Shown here one piece after another: positions 26,126-39,802 of a DNA stretch of 64,000 bases. Positions within the stretch are counted from its first letter, which is position 1; the number at the start of each line of letters is the position of its first letter. This DNA comes from Eledone cirrhosa (lineage: Eukaryota): positions 15,810,001 to 15,874,000 of the forward strand of contig OZ024761.1 of NCBI GenBank assembly GCA_964016885.1, read 5' to 3'. Under the pieces are notes generated by a model. That model was not told the origin of the DNA and ran no database searches. It was given only the letters and a program-made list of their open reading frames with translations. The position numbers were made by a program, and so were the translations under genes.

Positions 26126-26160
<35 letters not shown>

Positions 26161-26446
26161 TTGAAATATGTATAATAAAATATAATTGATCACAAGAATA
26201 TCTATTTTGTTAATATTTTGAATTAATATTAATAACTCTAGAAACCCTTTTTTACTGTTGAGTGCTTCCAATCTATTGTAAAACTCATTCTTTGATGTAT
26301 GCATTGAACCTTGTTTAACTTTTAAATATATATATATACACACAGAAATATCCACGGTTAGTTGTGGGGTCTAGTCTGCATGAATATATATATATATATA
26401 TATATACGATATTAATAAATGGAAACTATATTTATAAAACCATATT

Positions 26447-26511
26447 TATTTCATTATACATATTTCAGGGATACCACATTAAATTATGGTATGCCTTCAT
26501 CAGACAAAATA
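26447..26511 (-). ncRNA. Minimal type I hammerhead ribozyme motif, intact core
   Basis: Minus strand: ATTTTGT-CTGATGA-AGGCATACCA..TGGTATCCCT-GAAA-TATGTA-TA-ATGAAAT. Stems I and II pair; the cleavage triplet is AUA. Confidence 0.75.
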
Positions 26512-26732
26512 TATATATATATATATATATTCATGCAGACTATATATATAAATGAAAAGTATAGAAATTATTGTAGCAAGAAGCCAACAGTATTCCATGA
26601 CTATAACGTCAATATATATATATATATCAAAGGTATATATATATATATTGAGTTAGAAACTCAATATAGTCTCTTACAATAAAATAGGTCTAGGAAAGAG
26701 ATTTTTCCGAGCCGTATATTATAATTGAATAT

Positions 26733-27187
26733 AAAAGAAAAACGAACTCAGATATATAGATATATGTGTTCAAATCGTAAGGGACCAGATCCGCTAAGGT
26801 GAACAGAATACTACAGACAATAGGGTTTGCCAGACTCAATTTAAGAATAAATCAAGAAAATAAATACAAACCGGAATTGTGGTAACTACCAAATCACCCG
26901 GACAGCTTTTGGTACTTCTATTTCGCCAAATTAATTGTGAAGAGGAATACCAATTCTTGCTCATTAGTGAGAGAAGAATTAGTATCCTGGACACTTCTAA
27001 GTATATTAAAAAACTGAATAGTGTGCGTATATATAATAATGCACGTGGTATTTGAACTTAGCGTGTCTCTCACAAACTCACACCACTAGAAATAGCAGCC
27101 GGGTTTACTCGACATTTGAATAAGCTCAACAAAATGTCCATTACGATTTGAACACATATATTTATATATCTGTGTTCGTTTTTCTTA
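26733..27187. mobile_element. ~52-bp inverted repeat with ~350-bp spacer (Penelope-end-like relic)
   Basis: aagaaaaacgaactcagatatat...gtgttcaaatcgtaa.ggac and gtcc.ttacgatttgaacac...gttcgtttttctt. A degenerate CTAATGA...GAAA motif lies inside on the minus strand (~26920-26970). Confidence 0.6.
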
Positions 27188-27214
27188 TTTATATATATAT
27201 ATATATATATATAT

Positions 27215-27991
<777 letters not shown>

Positions 27992-28144
27992 TCGGTTTCA
28001 ACACACGTTTTCAGATAAAGAATCTTGCTAAACAAATTCAGAAACGAAATATATATATATATATATGAAATACTGTTGGCTTCTTGCTCACAATAATTTC
28101 TATACTTTTCATTTATATATATATATATATATACAGTATTTCAT

Positions 28145-28175
<31 letters not shown>

Positions 28176-28236
28176 CATATATACATATACATATACATAT
28201 TTATATTTATATCTATATTTATATATAAATTAAAGG

Positions 28237-28413
28237 CCGATGTGTCAGATTTACCCTTATGCCTAGGTGTACTTAAGCACAGGGCCCCGCTGGTCAGGGA
28301 GATCGCATCTTCCTGCCAAAAATAGTTTTTAACGATGAATTTTTCAAATGTTAGGGGCCTCATAACTTAACTATCACAGGGCCTCATTTGTCCTAAATCC
28401 GGCATTGCACATC
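28237..28413. mobile_element. Short MITE, hAT-like ends
   Basis: cgatgtgtcagattta ... taaatccggcattgcacatcg, with internal cacagggccc/gggcctc motifs. Confidence 0.5.
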
Positions 28414-28576
28414 GTATATCGCAACGAGGACCTCGACGACGACAGGGACACGATTCCCTTTATGATGACCCCCACAACAGGATTTGAGGGCTCAAACAGA
28501 GAGCAAGATATGATCCCAGGGGCGGGAGCGATGAGGGCTAAAAAACAAAAACAACAACACTATAGCAAATGTTATA

Positions 28577-28758
28577 ATAATTGTTTCTACTTTTGGCACA
28601 AGGCCAGCAATAACCTAGTACATTACTGGTACTTTATTTTATCGACCCCGTAAGGATGAAAGGCAAAGTTAACTTTGGCGGGATTTGAACTCAGACCATA
28701 AAGGGCCGTAACTCTTTGCTGCAAAGCATGGCGTCCGACCCTCTACCGATACTGCCAA
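28577..28758 (-). mobile_element. SINE family A copy
   Basis: Collinear with 1317-1502. Confidence 0.85.
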
Positions 28759-29310
28759 AAATAATTGTACTGGGGTGTTTTCGACGGGTGTCACAGGAAT
28801 TGTTCAGTCTACCAGAAAACGTTACAAAATTTTCATTTAAAACTTATTGAACACAAATTTTAGATAAAAACCTATTTTAAAAAGATGTTGCTGAGGGCTG
28901 TAAATGTCCTAAAATGTGTTTTCTGTCACCGATGTGTTTACTTATGTATGTATATATATATATATGTGTGTACATATGTATGTATATATATATGTATGTA
29001 TATGTGGAATTAGCCCCGTGCAAAGCCTTACCTCGCTTAAAAAAGCTTCAAATACAGGCATCGTTTGAAGCGTGACACCTTTTTGCGATACACGGTATTG
29101 CTGGCCATAGACAAGTGCCTAGCAGGACTAAAAAGCCACGTCCGTGATGTTCATGCTTAAATATCAAGCGATGGCATTTCTCGAAATCGAATTGCAGCCA
29201 TGATGATGATCATCATGTATGCATGTATATATGTATGTACATATGTATTTAATGTACATATGTATGTATGTATGCATGTATATATGTATGTACATATGTA
29301 TTTAATGTAC

Positions 29311-29341
<31 letters not shown>

Positions 29342-30317
29342 TGTATGTATGTATGTATATGTTTATGTGTGTATGTATGTATATGTATATACTTGTGTGT
29401 ATGTATGTATATATGTATATGTGTGTATGTAGTATGTATGGATGGATAGATGTAACTCAAAAACATAGCTTTGGCGAAGTAGGTAGGCCCATATAACTTG
29501 TTCTAGCCGTAAAACAATGTGTTATGTACAAATAATCTATGAAATAGAATATAATACACTCTACTTAAACATAAACATAACAGTATGGTGGGGAAAAATA
29601 CAAGAAAATAGCCAAGCAAAAAGAAAGCGGAGAAATAAAACGATGAAAAACTTTGAAAAAAATCAATGAAATAATACTTTTATCTACTTTACCTTTTATG
29701 AGGTACAAAGAAAAATATTCCTCCATTTCAATAAAGTCCGAGACTATCTACTGAATGTAAAATGTCGATAAGTGTGAGACAGTGTATGTGTCGTCCGCTT
29801 TAGACATTTTGCAGGAATTTTCATTGAAAAGGCAGACGACAGAAAGTAATGCAACACGCACGCGCAAAAATACTGGCGCGTATACTTATGTGTGTGTACG
29901 TGAGTAGGGGTATATGTGTGTGTGTGTGTATGTGTAAGAGTCTGTGTGTTCATGAGAGAGTGTGTGTGTTTGTGAGAGAGTGTATGTGTGTGTGTCTGTG
30001 ACAGATAAAGAGTGTGTTTGGATGTGGGTGCGCATTTGTGTGTGTGTTAGTGAGTGTGTGCTTGTCAGTATTAGAGTTTGCGCGTAAGTATGTGTGTGTT
30101 TTAATGTGTTAATATGGATTAGTCTAGAATATATGTGTGATTATGTAAGTGCTGTGTGTTTATGATTGTGGTTAAGTTTGGCCTCTACTCATCTGTTAAT
30201 AAACTGTATGAATTAGTGTGTGCGTGTGTATCTGTGTTTCTATGCCAATGTGTGTGTTTCTGTGTATGAGCAAGAGAAAGGAGATCAATATGTGTACCAT
30301 TATGAGTGCGTGTGTGA

Positions 30318-30355
<38 letters not shown>

Positions 30356-30651
30356 ATGTATATATGTATGTATGTACGTATGTATGTATATGAGTACATG
30401 TATGTATGAGTGTCTGTATGTATATGTGTGTATGTATGTGTACGTGTGTGTTAGACCCGATATTGAGGGAAAGGGGGTGATGAATTGTAGGAGGAGCAGA
30501 TAGAGGAACTAAACTTATAGAGGATTAATGCGAGGGTGGTTAACTAATGCGGGGGGGGGGGGGGGGGCTTACACGAAGGATTGGGAGGAGGGAAATAAAA
30601 AGAGAGGAAGATAAATAGATATAGAGAAAGATAGATAAATAGATAGGGAGG

Positions 30652-30689
<38 letters not shown>

Positions 30690-30693
<4 letters not shown>

Positions 30694-30745
30694 CTTTCTA
30701 TAAAAATACTTCATATATATATGAAGTATTTTCGTAGAAAGGGTA
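30690..30745. repeat. Near-perfect palindrome centred on (TA)n
   Basis: taccctttcta..aaaatacttcat|atat|atgaagtatttt..tagaaagggta. Confidence 0.8.
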
Positions 30746-30785
30746 AAGGAAGGGAGAGTGCTCTATGTATGCTACAGAGCTATTT

Positions 30786-30929
30786 AATTATGTAATAAAC
30801 AACACAAAACAATTATTCCATTTACCAAAGGTTTCACTGAACGATTTCAGACGTCTCTGTTGAGCTCGTCTGTCTTCGTGAAACCTTTGGTAAATGGAAT
30901 AATTGTTTTGTTTTGTTTATTACATAATT
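30786..30929. repeat. ~52-bp inverted repeat with ~40-nt spacer holding a degenerate hammerhead core (-)
   Basis: aattatgtaataaac...ccatttaccaaaggtttcac and gtgaaacctttggtaaatgg...gtttattacataatt. The spacer on the minus strand reads CGAAGA-cagacg..cgtct-GAAA. Confidence 0.75.
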
Positions 30930-30930
30930 T

Positions 30931-30998
<68 letters not shown>

Positions 30999-31350
30999 CC
31001 CCATATTATATATATAAAAGATATGAAGAGAGTAAAGAGAAAGAGAGAGGAAGGAAGATTGGTTAGCCCCACGGTGAAATGGATTCGGGTCTTGAACATA
31101 AAGTTCACATATTAGAGAGGACGCTAAGCATACCTGTTGTAGTAAGCTGAGACAACAAATTTATATTCAAATATTATATCATTAAAACTCTTAGTAAAGA
31201 TATTCATGTCATTGGCATAAACAATTTTATAAAGGCAAGTATGTTCTTAACGACGCGTTCTGATTTTAGTGGAAAATGATGCAAGGGAGGCAACCGCGTA
31301 ATTTTGCTTAATTAAAATTGTTTAGAGAATGCTGTGATTCCCAACGTGGA

Positions 31351-31397
<47 letters not shown>

Positions 31398-31402
<5 letters not shown>

Positions 31403-31515
31403 TTCCCCGATATTCGCAGAGATTACGTTCTTCGGACACCCGCGAAGAGGGGAAAACTGCGAATATTGGTCCATAAAAATGCTTATAAACGTTAAAACAA
31501 TGTGAAATATTGAAA
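31398..31515 (+). mobile_element. Left part of a Tigger/pogo-like MITE
   Basis: Homologous to 60179-60290. Confidence 0.65.
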
Positions 31516-31555
31516 AGGAATCCTGAGCTCTTTAAAATACAATATGAATTGTCTT

Positions 31556-31617
31556 ACACGCGCTGATGACCCATTTCAGTCAACAATTTCTTGGCGAAAC
31601 AGATCTCTTACGCGTGT
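31556..31617 (+). ncRNA. Type I hammerhead-like motif with slightly degenerate stems II and III
   Basis: ACACGCG-CTGATGA-cCCA..TGGc-GAAAC-AGATCT-CTTA-CGCGTGT; stem I is a perfect 7 bp. Confidence 0.55.
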
Positions 31618-31749
31618 GTTATATAGTTGTATAGGTGCGTATATACATTTTAATTTATATTTTTAATTATTGTGTGTCTACTCTGCCTTCCATAGGTTAT
31701 AGATTCCATACACTGGTGGCTTCCCTGTTTTATTGATGGCACACACATA

Positions 31750-31782
<33 letters not shown>

Positions 31783-31866
31783 GTGTGCTACCCTTTCAAC
31801 ATATTGTATTTTATATATATAGTGACGAAACATAAGTCGATTGCATGAACTCATAATCCTTTATTT

Positions 31867-31922
31867 ACTGCTATATATATTTCGATGATAGCCATTCAAT
31901 GGCTATGACCTCATCAGGCAGT
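31867..31922 (-). ncRNA. Minimal type I hammerhead ribozyme motif, intact core
   Basis: Minus strand: ACTGC-CTGATGA-GGTCATAGCCAT-tga-ATGGCTATCATC-GAAA-TATATA-TA-GCAGT. Confidence 0.75.
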
Positions 31923-32073
31923 TAGTCAGTTCCTAGATATGCCAGCTCTGTGTTTATGGTGTTGATGGTATCAGAGCCTTGGGACATATATATATACATA
32001 CATACTTATATATATATATATAACAAAGGTAATATATACATATATATATACATACATACTTATATATATATAT

Positions 32074-33582
32074 ATAACAAAGGTAAAGGGGATGCTTTGG
32101 AGAGGAGCAATTATAGGGGTATAAAACTGATAGATCAGGTTATGAAAGTGGCAGAAAGGATTTTAGCACAACTAATTAGAGAAAGGGTCAAACTAGATGA
32201 GATGCAGTTTGGTTTTGTGCCTGGGAAGAGTACAACAGATGCCCTCTTCTTGGTGAGACAAATGCAAGAGAGGTTCTTAGAGAAGAATAAGCCACTATAC
32301 TTGGCCTTTGTTGACCTAGAGAAGGCCTTTGATAGGGTACCCCGATCTGTCATCTGGTGGTCCCTAAGGAAGCTGGGTGTTGAGGAATGGCTTGTAAGGA
32401 CAGTGCAAACTTTGTACAGAGGTACTCTCAGTAAAGTCAGGGTAGGAATGGAGTTTAGTGAGGAATTCCAGATACAAGTAGGAGTACATCAGGGTTCGGT
32501 CCTCAGCCCGCTCTTGTTCATTATAGTCCTCCAAGCCATAACAGAGGAGTTTAAGACTGGCTGTCCATGGGAACTTCTCTATGCTGACGATCTGGCTCTT
32601 ATGGCAGAATCAGTAGAGGAGCTAGAGAATAAATTCCGGCTATGGAAACAGCAGTTGGAAGCAAGAGGACTGAGAGTAAATCTAGCTAAGACAAAAGTGT
32701 TGATGAGTAGAAAAGAGGACAAAACCCTGATTCCGTCAGGGAAATGGCCATGTTCGATATGCAGAAAAGGAACTGGCATAAATTCTATAAAATGCACACA
32801 ATGTAGGTCCTGGGTACACAAGAGATGTAGCGGGATAGCAGGCAAACTAACAGGTAGGGAGAAATATGTATGCAGTAGATGTACAGGGAAATTAGACAGT
32901 AGAAGTCGCACTGATAGACACATTTTTCAAATGCGAGAGGGCGCTATAGAAGTGGTGGATAGCTTCCGGTACCTAGGAGATCAGATTAGCATGGGAGGAG
33001 GGTGTTCCGAGGCCATAGTATCTAGAATAAGGATGGGTTGGAAGAAGTTTAGGGAGCTGCTTCCTCTGTTGACGAAGAAGGGTTTCTCCCTGCGTACGAA
33101 AGGCCGGTTGTATGATGCCTGTGTGAGGAGCGCGATGCTGCATGGTAGTGAGACATGGGCAGCTACCGCAGAAGATATGCGACGGCTGGAGAGAAATGAG
33201 GCAAGCATGCTCCGTTGGATGTGCAGTGTAAATGTGCGTGAACGACCCAGCATAAATGTGTTGAGAGAGAAACTGTGTCTGAGAGGGATAGAATGTAGTG
33301 TACGGGAGAGGAGACTGAGGTGGTATGGACATGTGATGCGCATGGAGGATGACCGATGGGTGAAGAAGTGCCAGGAAATGCCAGTTGAAGGAAGACGTAG
33401 TAGAGGTAGACCACGAAAAACATGGGCGGAGGTGGTGAGAACAGACCTCAGATCATTGAAGCTCACGGTGGAGATGACGAGGGACCGTGACGAGTGGAGA
33501 GATGCTGTGCTGAATAAGACCCGTCCCACCCTTGCAAGCAGGGAAAAGCGGACGTAAAATGATGATGATGATGATGATGATG

Positions 33583-33583
<1 letters not shown>
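32074..33583 (+). mobile_element. 5'-truncated RTE LINE with uninterrupted RT ORF (to stop at 33557) and (GAT)n tail
   Basis: NYRGIKL, QFGF, AFVDLEKAFDRV, GVHQGSVLSPLLF, YADD, a PHD-like C4HC3 finger, FRYLG and GRPRKTW. There is no endonuclease domain. The element is embedded in TA-rich microsatellite. Confidence 0.97.
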
Positions 33584-33623
<40 letters not shown>

Positions 33624-33702
33624 CATATATATATATACATATATATATATACATATATATATACATACATATATATGTATATATATATACATATATATAT
33701 AT

Positions 33703-33777
<75 letters not shown>

Positions 33778-33877
33778 CATATATGTATATATACATATAT
33801 TTATACATGCATATATGTGTGTGTGTGTGTGTGTTGCCTCTTTTTATTTCTTTAATTCATTTCTTCATCTATCCTTT

Positions 33878-34019
33878 AGAACATCCTAGTTGATCAACTG
33901 ATGACCATTGACTTTCAGAACATCCTAGTTGATCCACTGATGACCATTGACTTTCAGAACATCCTAGTTGATCCACTGATGACCATTGACTTTCAGAACA
34001 TCCTAGTTGATCCACTGAT
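33878..34019. repeat. 39-bp tandem repeat, ~3.6 copies
   Basis: agaacatcctagttgatccactgatgaccattgactttc at 33878, 33917, 33956 and 33995. Confidence 0.92.
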
Positions 34020-34319
34020 CTGCTAGTTATACCTTATGTATGTCTTCACAGCGATCATAAGAGAACCACTGATCTTTTGAATATTCTGGTTGATCAACTG
34101 TAGATCAATTGACATATCTATAACCTCTCTCTCACTGTCTCTTTTCTTCAGGAACCAAAAGAAAAGATCATTCAGAACTTATTGCTTGATTCAAAGTTGT
34201 ACTTTATCTCCTCTATGTCTACATATATATAATCTTATATTCCTAATTCTCTCATCTGATGAAGGACTAGTGTTTGAAACATAAAGACTCGTTTTCTATT
34301 ACACATACATACATACACT

Positions 34320-34354
<35 letters not shown>

Positions 34355-34388
34355 GTGAGAAAAACTACAGACCCTCCATCTCAACTCA

Positions 34389-34426
34389 CCTTTTGAAAAG
34401 CAGAAGAATTGCGAAACCGGTAAAGG
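34389..34426 (+). ncRNA. Degenerate minimal hammerhead motif
   Basis: CCTT-tTGAAaA-GCA..TGC-GAAACCGGTA-AAGG; two core substitutions, palindromic stem III, GUA triplet. Confidence 0.45.
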
Positions 34427-34720
34427 AACCAAATAAATATATATATTTTTTAAAAAAATAAGACTCCAGTTGCATTTTCGATTTCATCTCTTTTTCTTTA
34501 TACTTTCACTCGTGTAGGACACCTCGGTTATTTTTCATTTTGTAAAAAAAACCTCACTTTCTAATATATATATATATACCTATGTGATGTGGATGGGTGT
34601 GAGAATGAGTACTGAATACCGAAGTAGATTTATTTAAATATGTTTTATTATGGTTAAGTGATGAATCTTGTTACTCTGGAGTATCATGTGTATACTTATC
34701 CAGCATCATCAGACACATCT

Positions 34721-34893
34721 TGACAGTTTGACATAACTCTGTATTACCAGCGGTCTCAAGATGAAAAAAAAACAAAACAAAAACATTTAAATCACCAGAT
34801 ATATTGAGAAAAGTCTTTTCTCAAACATACCTGTTGATTTAGATGTGTTTTCATCTTGAAACCACAGGTAATGTTGAGCTAAGTCAAACTGTT
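34721..34893. repeat. Long imperfect palindrome (MITE or fold-back)
   Basis: acagtttgac..tcaagatgaaaa..aaatca.cag..tgagaaaag|t|cttttctca..ctgttgattta..ttttcatcttga..gtcaaactgt. Confidence 0.8.
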
Positions 34894-35429
34894 AATATAA
34901 ACGCACTCACCTTTCGCATAATGTTATGATTGCTTGCTGTTTTCATTTGTACATATACACACCTGTATATTGTTTTCATGTTGACTTTTCCATATCGGCA
35001 TGTTTGAGACAATGTTTTACAGCTGGATGTTCTTCATAATACCAACCCTTTTAGTCGCCTCTTATGGCACTCAGAAGACGGTCAATTGGTAGGGTCGATA
35101 AAACATCAGATAGCGTGCATTGAGGTATGTGGTCTGGCTCTCTGATCTCTAAATCCAAACCCCACCAAGGTCAATAAAGTACCAGTCTAGTACTAGGGTT
35201 GATTATTCCTCTAAATCTTTCTCTCACTGTCTCTCCTTCTCTGGAAGAAATCTGCTGTACTCAGGATTGGAGAGGGTTCGGCTCTGCCAAGCTTAAAATG
35301 CCCAAGAAACGCCATATGTGAATACGGCACCCCTACGACTCCCACAGGAGTTACGGAACCATACAATACAGCACTCAAATAGGGCAAACCTATTCTAAAA
35401 ATCAGGATACACACACATTTACTCTTAAT

Positions 35430-35592
35430 TATAATTGTTTCTACATTTGACACAAGGCCAGCAATTACCCAGTACGTTACTGGTACTTTATTTTATCGAT
35501 CCCTTAAGGCAAAGTTAACCTCGGCAGGATTTGAACTCGGATCGTAAGGGGACGTAACTATGCTGGAAAGCATGTCTGACCCTCTACCGATA
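35430..35592 (-). mobile_element. SINE family A copy
   Basis: Collinear with 1317-1502. Confidence 0.8.
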
Positions 35593-35694
35593 ATCAATAG
35601 ATGTACTGAATTTCACCTGTCATGTGATCCATAAGCTGTCGTTTTGAACCTCAGTTTAATGCAAACGATAACAGATTACTAAGCCTCAGCTGTA

Positions 35695-36005
35695 ATATAA
35701 ATAATAATAATAAAAATGAAAATTATTGTGTACAGTGTTAAGGTGCCCTACAACTCATTAAAGATGCATGTATAGTACATAGAATAATTTATAAATGAGT
35801 CATGATATACACACAGATACATGCGTGCATGTGTATGGAGGGGAATATCAGGTGTAGTGTTGTCAAATCAATGGGAACCATAGAATTTTTGAAGGATGCT
35901 GTGTTCCAACAGCTAACAACTAATGCAGGTAGTTTGTTCCATGCTTCAGCAACTCTGAGCGCGAAAAAAATGTTTCCGAAAGTCATGGAAGCTGTTCTGT
36001 TTTGT
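35695..36005 (-). mobile_element. 3' end of a CR1-like LINE
   Basis: FFALRVAEAWNKLPALVVSCWNTASFK matches the CR1-type C-terminal 'FF..RV...WN.LP..VV' motif; (AAT)n tail. Confidence 0.8.
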
Positions 36006-36317
36006 TAAACTGATCCATTTCTATTGCTTGCTAAACCATAATTTTTTTTTCATCTCAAAAGCCCATAGTAGAAATATAATGTGCAGGCCTTCGTTGCAAA
36101 AGGTTATTATTTATGCTTACCTTAGAAATCCTTACTGTGACCTTCAGAGGTATCCCCACATTGGGGGAATTTGTTGTTTTGATTTGTTTTTAAATGTTTA
36201 TTATTTTCGTTTTCTTTATAAACCTTTTTCTCACACAGAAAAGCCCCACTGTAGCGTCTTTATTGTCCTCTTACTGTAAGCCCTGTGTGGCTAATAAAGA
36301 AACCATTAATATTATTA

Positions 36318-36900
36318 TTGGCAGTATCGGCAGAGCGTTGGAGTTCAAATTCCGCCAAAGTTAGCTTTGCCTTTCATCCTTACGGGGTCGATACAATAAA
36401 AAGTATCATTCACGCAAAGGGGTCGATTTAACCGACTTTCTCCTCCCCCAAAATTGATGGCCTTGTGCCTATACAAGAAACCATCGGTAGAGCGTTGGAT
36501 GCCATGCTTTGCAGCATAAGGTTACGGCCTTTTATGATCTGAGTTCAAATCTGCCCCCAAGGTTAACTTTGCCTTTCATCCTTATGGGGTCGATAAAATA
36601 AAGTACCAGTAACATACTGAGATAATTACTGGCCTTGTGCCAAAAATAGAAACAATTATTAACCGACTTTCCTCTCCCCCAAAATTGTTGGCCTCGTGCC
36701 TAAATCAAAAATCATTATTACTATTATTATGTGTCTGACTTGCTGCCTGTTGCTTTATTGACCACAGTGCATTACTGGTATTTTATTTTATCGACTCCCG
36801 GGAAGGATGAATGTCAAATGAGGTCAAGGTCAACTTTGCCTTTCACCCTTCCTGGGGGATCAATAAAAAAATAAAGTATCAGTGAAGAACTGGAGTCGAT
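36318..36900 (+). mobile_element. Cluster of nested SINE family A copies, ending in a fold-back copy
   Basis: Repeated gagttcaaat...ctttgcctttcatcctta.ggggtcgata; inverted junction near 36825. Confidence 0.8.
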
Positions 36901-37796
36901 ACAATTGTTAGCCATGTACATGTATATGTCATCGTTGGCGGCTCACCATTCTGAAGTGCCGGGTGATCCCTGTGAGGGTACCTGGTTGTTGCAGCGCCTT
37001 AGTCTCGCCATCACTCCTGGCAATGTCGCCAGCATGTTGGCTTGCCTCAAAGTGTCCCATTGACCTTTATGATGTGCGGCTGATTGTCGCACTTGGTGGT
37101 GAATTGATGGTCGTTTTAATTTTTGTTTTGCTTCCTCTTTTCTTCTCTCTTTTATGCGTTTGTATTTATGTTTATCAACGACATTATATTTGTAAAAGTA
37201 CCAGTAATGCACTGGGTAATTGCTGGCCTTGTGCCTAAAGTAGAAACAATTATATTTGTAATGTTATTCTGAAAGAATTGTGAGCAATTTATAATGTTAT
37301 TTATAAAAATGTGAATAAAATACCGCCATATATAATGTCAAAAAAATAAACAAAAACATATGTAAAAAATAATTAAAATATACTATTATTATTAATGTGA
37401 ATCTGATGTGCTGCCTGCAGAATCTACTGTTGATAAATATTTACTGCGCTGACTCAGACAAAACCCGGATGTTGGATACCGACCATTGCCAAGTGCTAGG
37501 ATTACAAGATAAAAATTTCATTGTGACATGCATAGTTATTTCCCTTGAAAATTCTGTTGGTATTGATACCATGTGTAATATTTCTGCGATTAGTTTATTG
37601 AGCATCACCTCCCCATGTCATACCATCGCAGGGTTAATTCACTCCGCACACCTCTCAGCTGCTGCTGACACTTATTTTTAGCTGGGTTAACTGGAGCTAT
37701 GTAAAATGAATACGTGAAACCTATGGCAATACGATTGTAAGGCCAACGTCTTAACCACTAGGCCACATACCTTATCTTCTCTCGCTAAGCAACAAT

Positions 37797-38197
37797 AATA
37801 ATTGTTTCTACTTTTGGCACAAGGCCAGCTATTACCCCAGTGTATTACTGGTACTTTATTTTATCGACCCCGTAAGGATGAAAGGCAAAGTTAACCTCGG
37901 CGGGATTTGAACTCAGAATGGCAAGGGCCGTAACTCTATGCGTCAAAGCATGGTGTCCGACCCTCTACCGATACTGCCAATTCACCTAATAATAATGGTT
38001 TCTACTATAGGCACAACAGAAATTTGGGGAGTGAGGAAAGTCGATTAAATGTACCCCAGTACATTACTGGTGCTTTATTTTATCGACCCCGTAAGGATGA
38101 AAGGCAAAGCTAACCTCGTCGGGATTTGAACACAGAACGAAAGGGGCTGTAACCCTATGCCACAAAGCATGTTGTTCGACACAGCTAATCCATCGCC
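37797..38197 (-). mobile_element. Two tandem SINE family A copies
   Basis: Two cores (37850-37915 and 38065-38130) separated by (AAT)n. Confidence 0.85.
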
Positions 38198-38259
38198 AAC
38201 AACAACAACGACAATAATAATAATGAAATAAATATAAAATCAATTAAATAAATATTTGG

Positions 38260-38547
38260 TTGATTTGGAGAATTTGTAATTGTAGTTGCCACAATGCAGA
38301 TAACTATAAATAAAAATTTAAATCATGTGAAGTACCCCCATGGATACGAAAAATAAAGAGATACACTTACAGGGAATTGAACCAGGCATTGGAGATTGTG
38401 TGGTTTGACTCCCCACTGACATCTCTGTCCACATTTTACTGTCACCAAGGATACTTTTCTTCCATTTATTCAACTATAATTTATAGCCATCAACTATTAT
38501 TGTACTTATCTGCATTGTGGCAACTATAATTTCAAATTTCAAATCAA
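38260..38547. mobile_element. Possible MITE with ~40-bp inverted ends
   Basis: aatttgtaattgtagttgccacaatgcagataa and ttatctgcattgtggcaactataatttcaaatt. Confidence 0.55.
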
Positions 38548-38694
38548 TTGACTTCTGCATGAGAGTATAGTTGCTTTAGTTCTTTTTGTTGTCACAATGT
38601 TTGTTAGTCCACTGGGTATTCGCCATCCAGAGGAACACACCATCTACCAAGGTATAAGATCCTGAGTTTTATAAACACCAAATACATAGAAGCA

Positions 38695-39020
38695 TTTTGT
38701 TAAAACGTTGGGCTTACAATTGTGAGGTTGTGAGTTCCATTCCTAGACAGAGCTGTATTGTGTCTTTGAGCAAGACACTTTATTTCACGTTGCTCCAGTT
38801 CACTCAGCTATATAGAAATGAGTTGCGACATCACTGGTGCCAAGCTGTATCGGCCATTGCTTTTCCCTTGGATAACATTGTTGGCATGGAAAGGGCAGGC
38901 TGGTTTGTATGTGTGACTGCTGCTCTTCCATAAACAACCTTGCCTGGATTTGTGCCTCAGAAGGGAACTTTCAAGGTGCAAATTACATGGTCACTTCAGA
39001 CTGAAGGGGGTCATTACTCT
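38695..39020 (+). mobile_element. CORE-type tRNA SINE with a distinct tail
   Basis: B-box-like gagttccattcc, then CORE-like ttgagcaagacactttatttcacgttgctccagttcactcagcta. Confidence 0.75.
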
Positions 39021-39802
39021 TTAAAATACACACGCACATATATACATAGTAATTAGCCATACACCTTGAAAAATACTTTCATGTGGGCTTTTTGATTAGG
39101 ATAGCAAGTTCCATCATCAGAGTTTGTCGACTCAAAGTTGTTTCAAATGCCCTGTTTTTGCAACAAATGAGTGCTCTACCGTGTATTTGAAATCTGTATA
39201 TCACAAACTGTGTTGTGGCCTCTTCCTATATAATGTGTGTTTGATCATTCGAGAGTGCAATCTTGTATTACAAAAGAACAAGCCCTCGATATATAAACAT
39301 AGAAGTAATACTATATATGCTTTAGCCCTTTAGTTACCAGCTCTGGTTCTATGAAATAAAACCATCCATTTATAATTTATATAAGAACTTTACATAAACT
39401 TACTATCTTAGTAATGAAATACATAATTTTAATAAATCCCTCAAAATTCTTCATTAATTAATTAAATTAGAGAGTATTTCATTAGTAATGGAGTCATGAA
39501 AGGGTTTCACCTGAGGAATTTTCAACCCAAGTATGGCTGCAGTGAGAGCAGAAGCTATACACAAGTTGACAGTATATTGAATTCATCCTTTGGACTGAGT
39601 GCTGTAACAACTTCAGGTATAACCTTCCAGTTTTTTATCACAACGGCTTATTTTAAATCTTCTGTGATTTTAACATATCCGACACTAATTTGCATAATAG
39701 ACTAAATAAATTTAATAACCCCACTATCCGGGAGCTTCCAACAGAAATGGTCGCATTCTCTAAGGGTATGTCAATATTTATTTATAAAATTGATCTATAT
39801 TA

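Noticed and set aside
31950-32073. N-terminal part of the 535-aa ORF
   Set aside because: This is flanking microsatellite read in frame; LINE homology begins at ~32074.
33878-34019. Tandem hammerheads or retrozyme (CTGATGA in each 39-bp unit)
   Set aside because: There is no GAAA with a stem II on the same strand.
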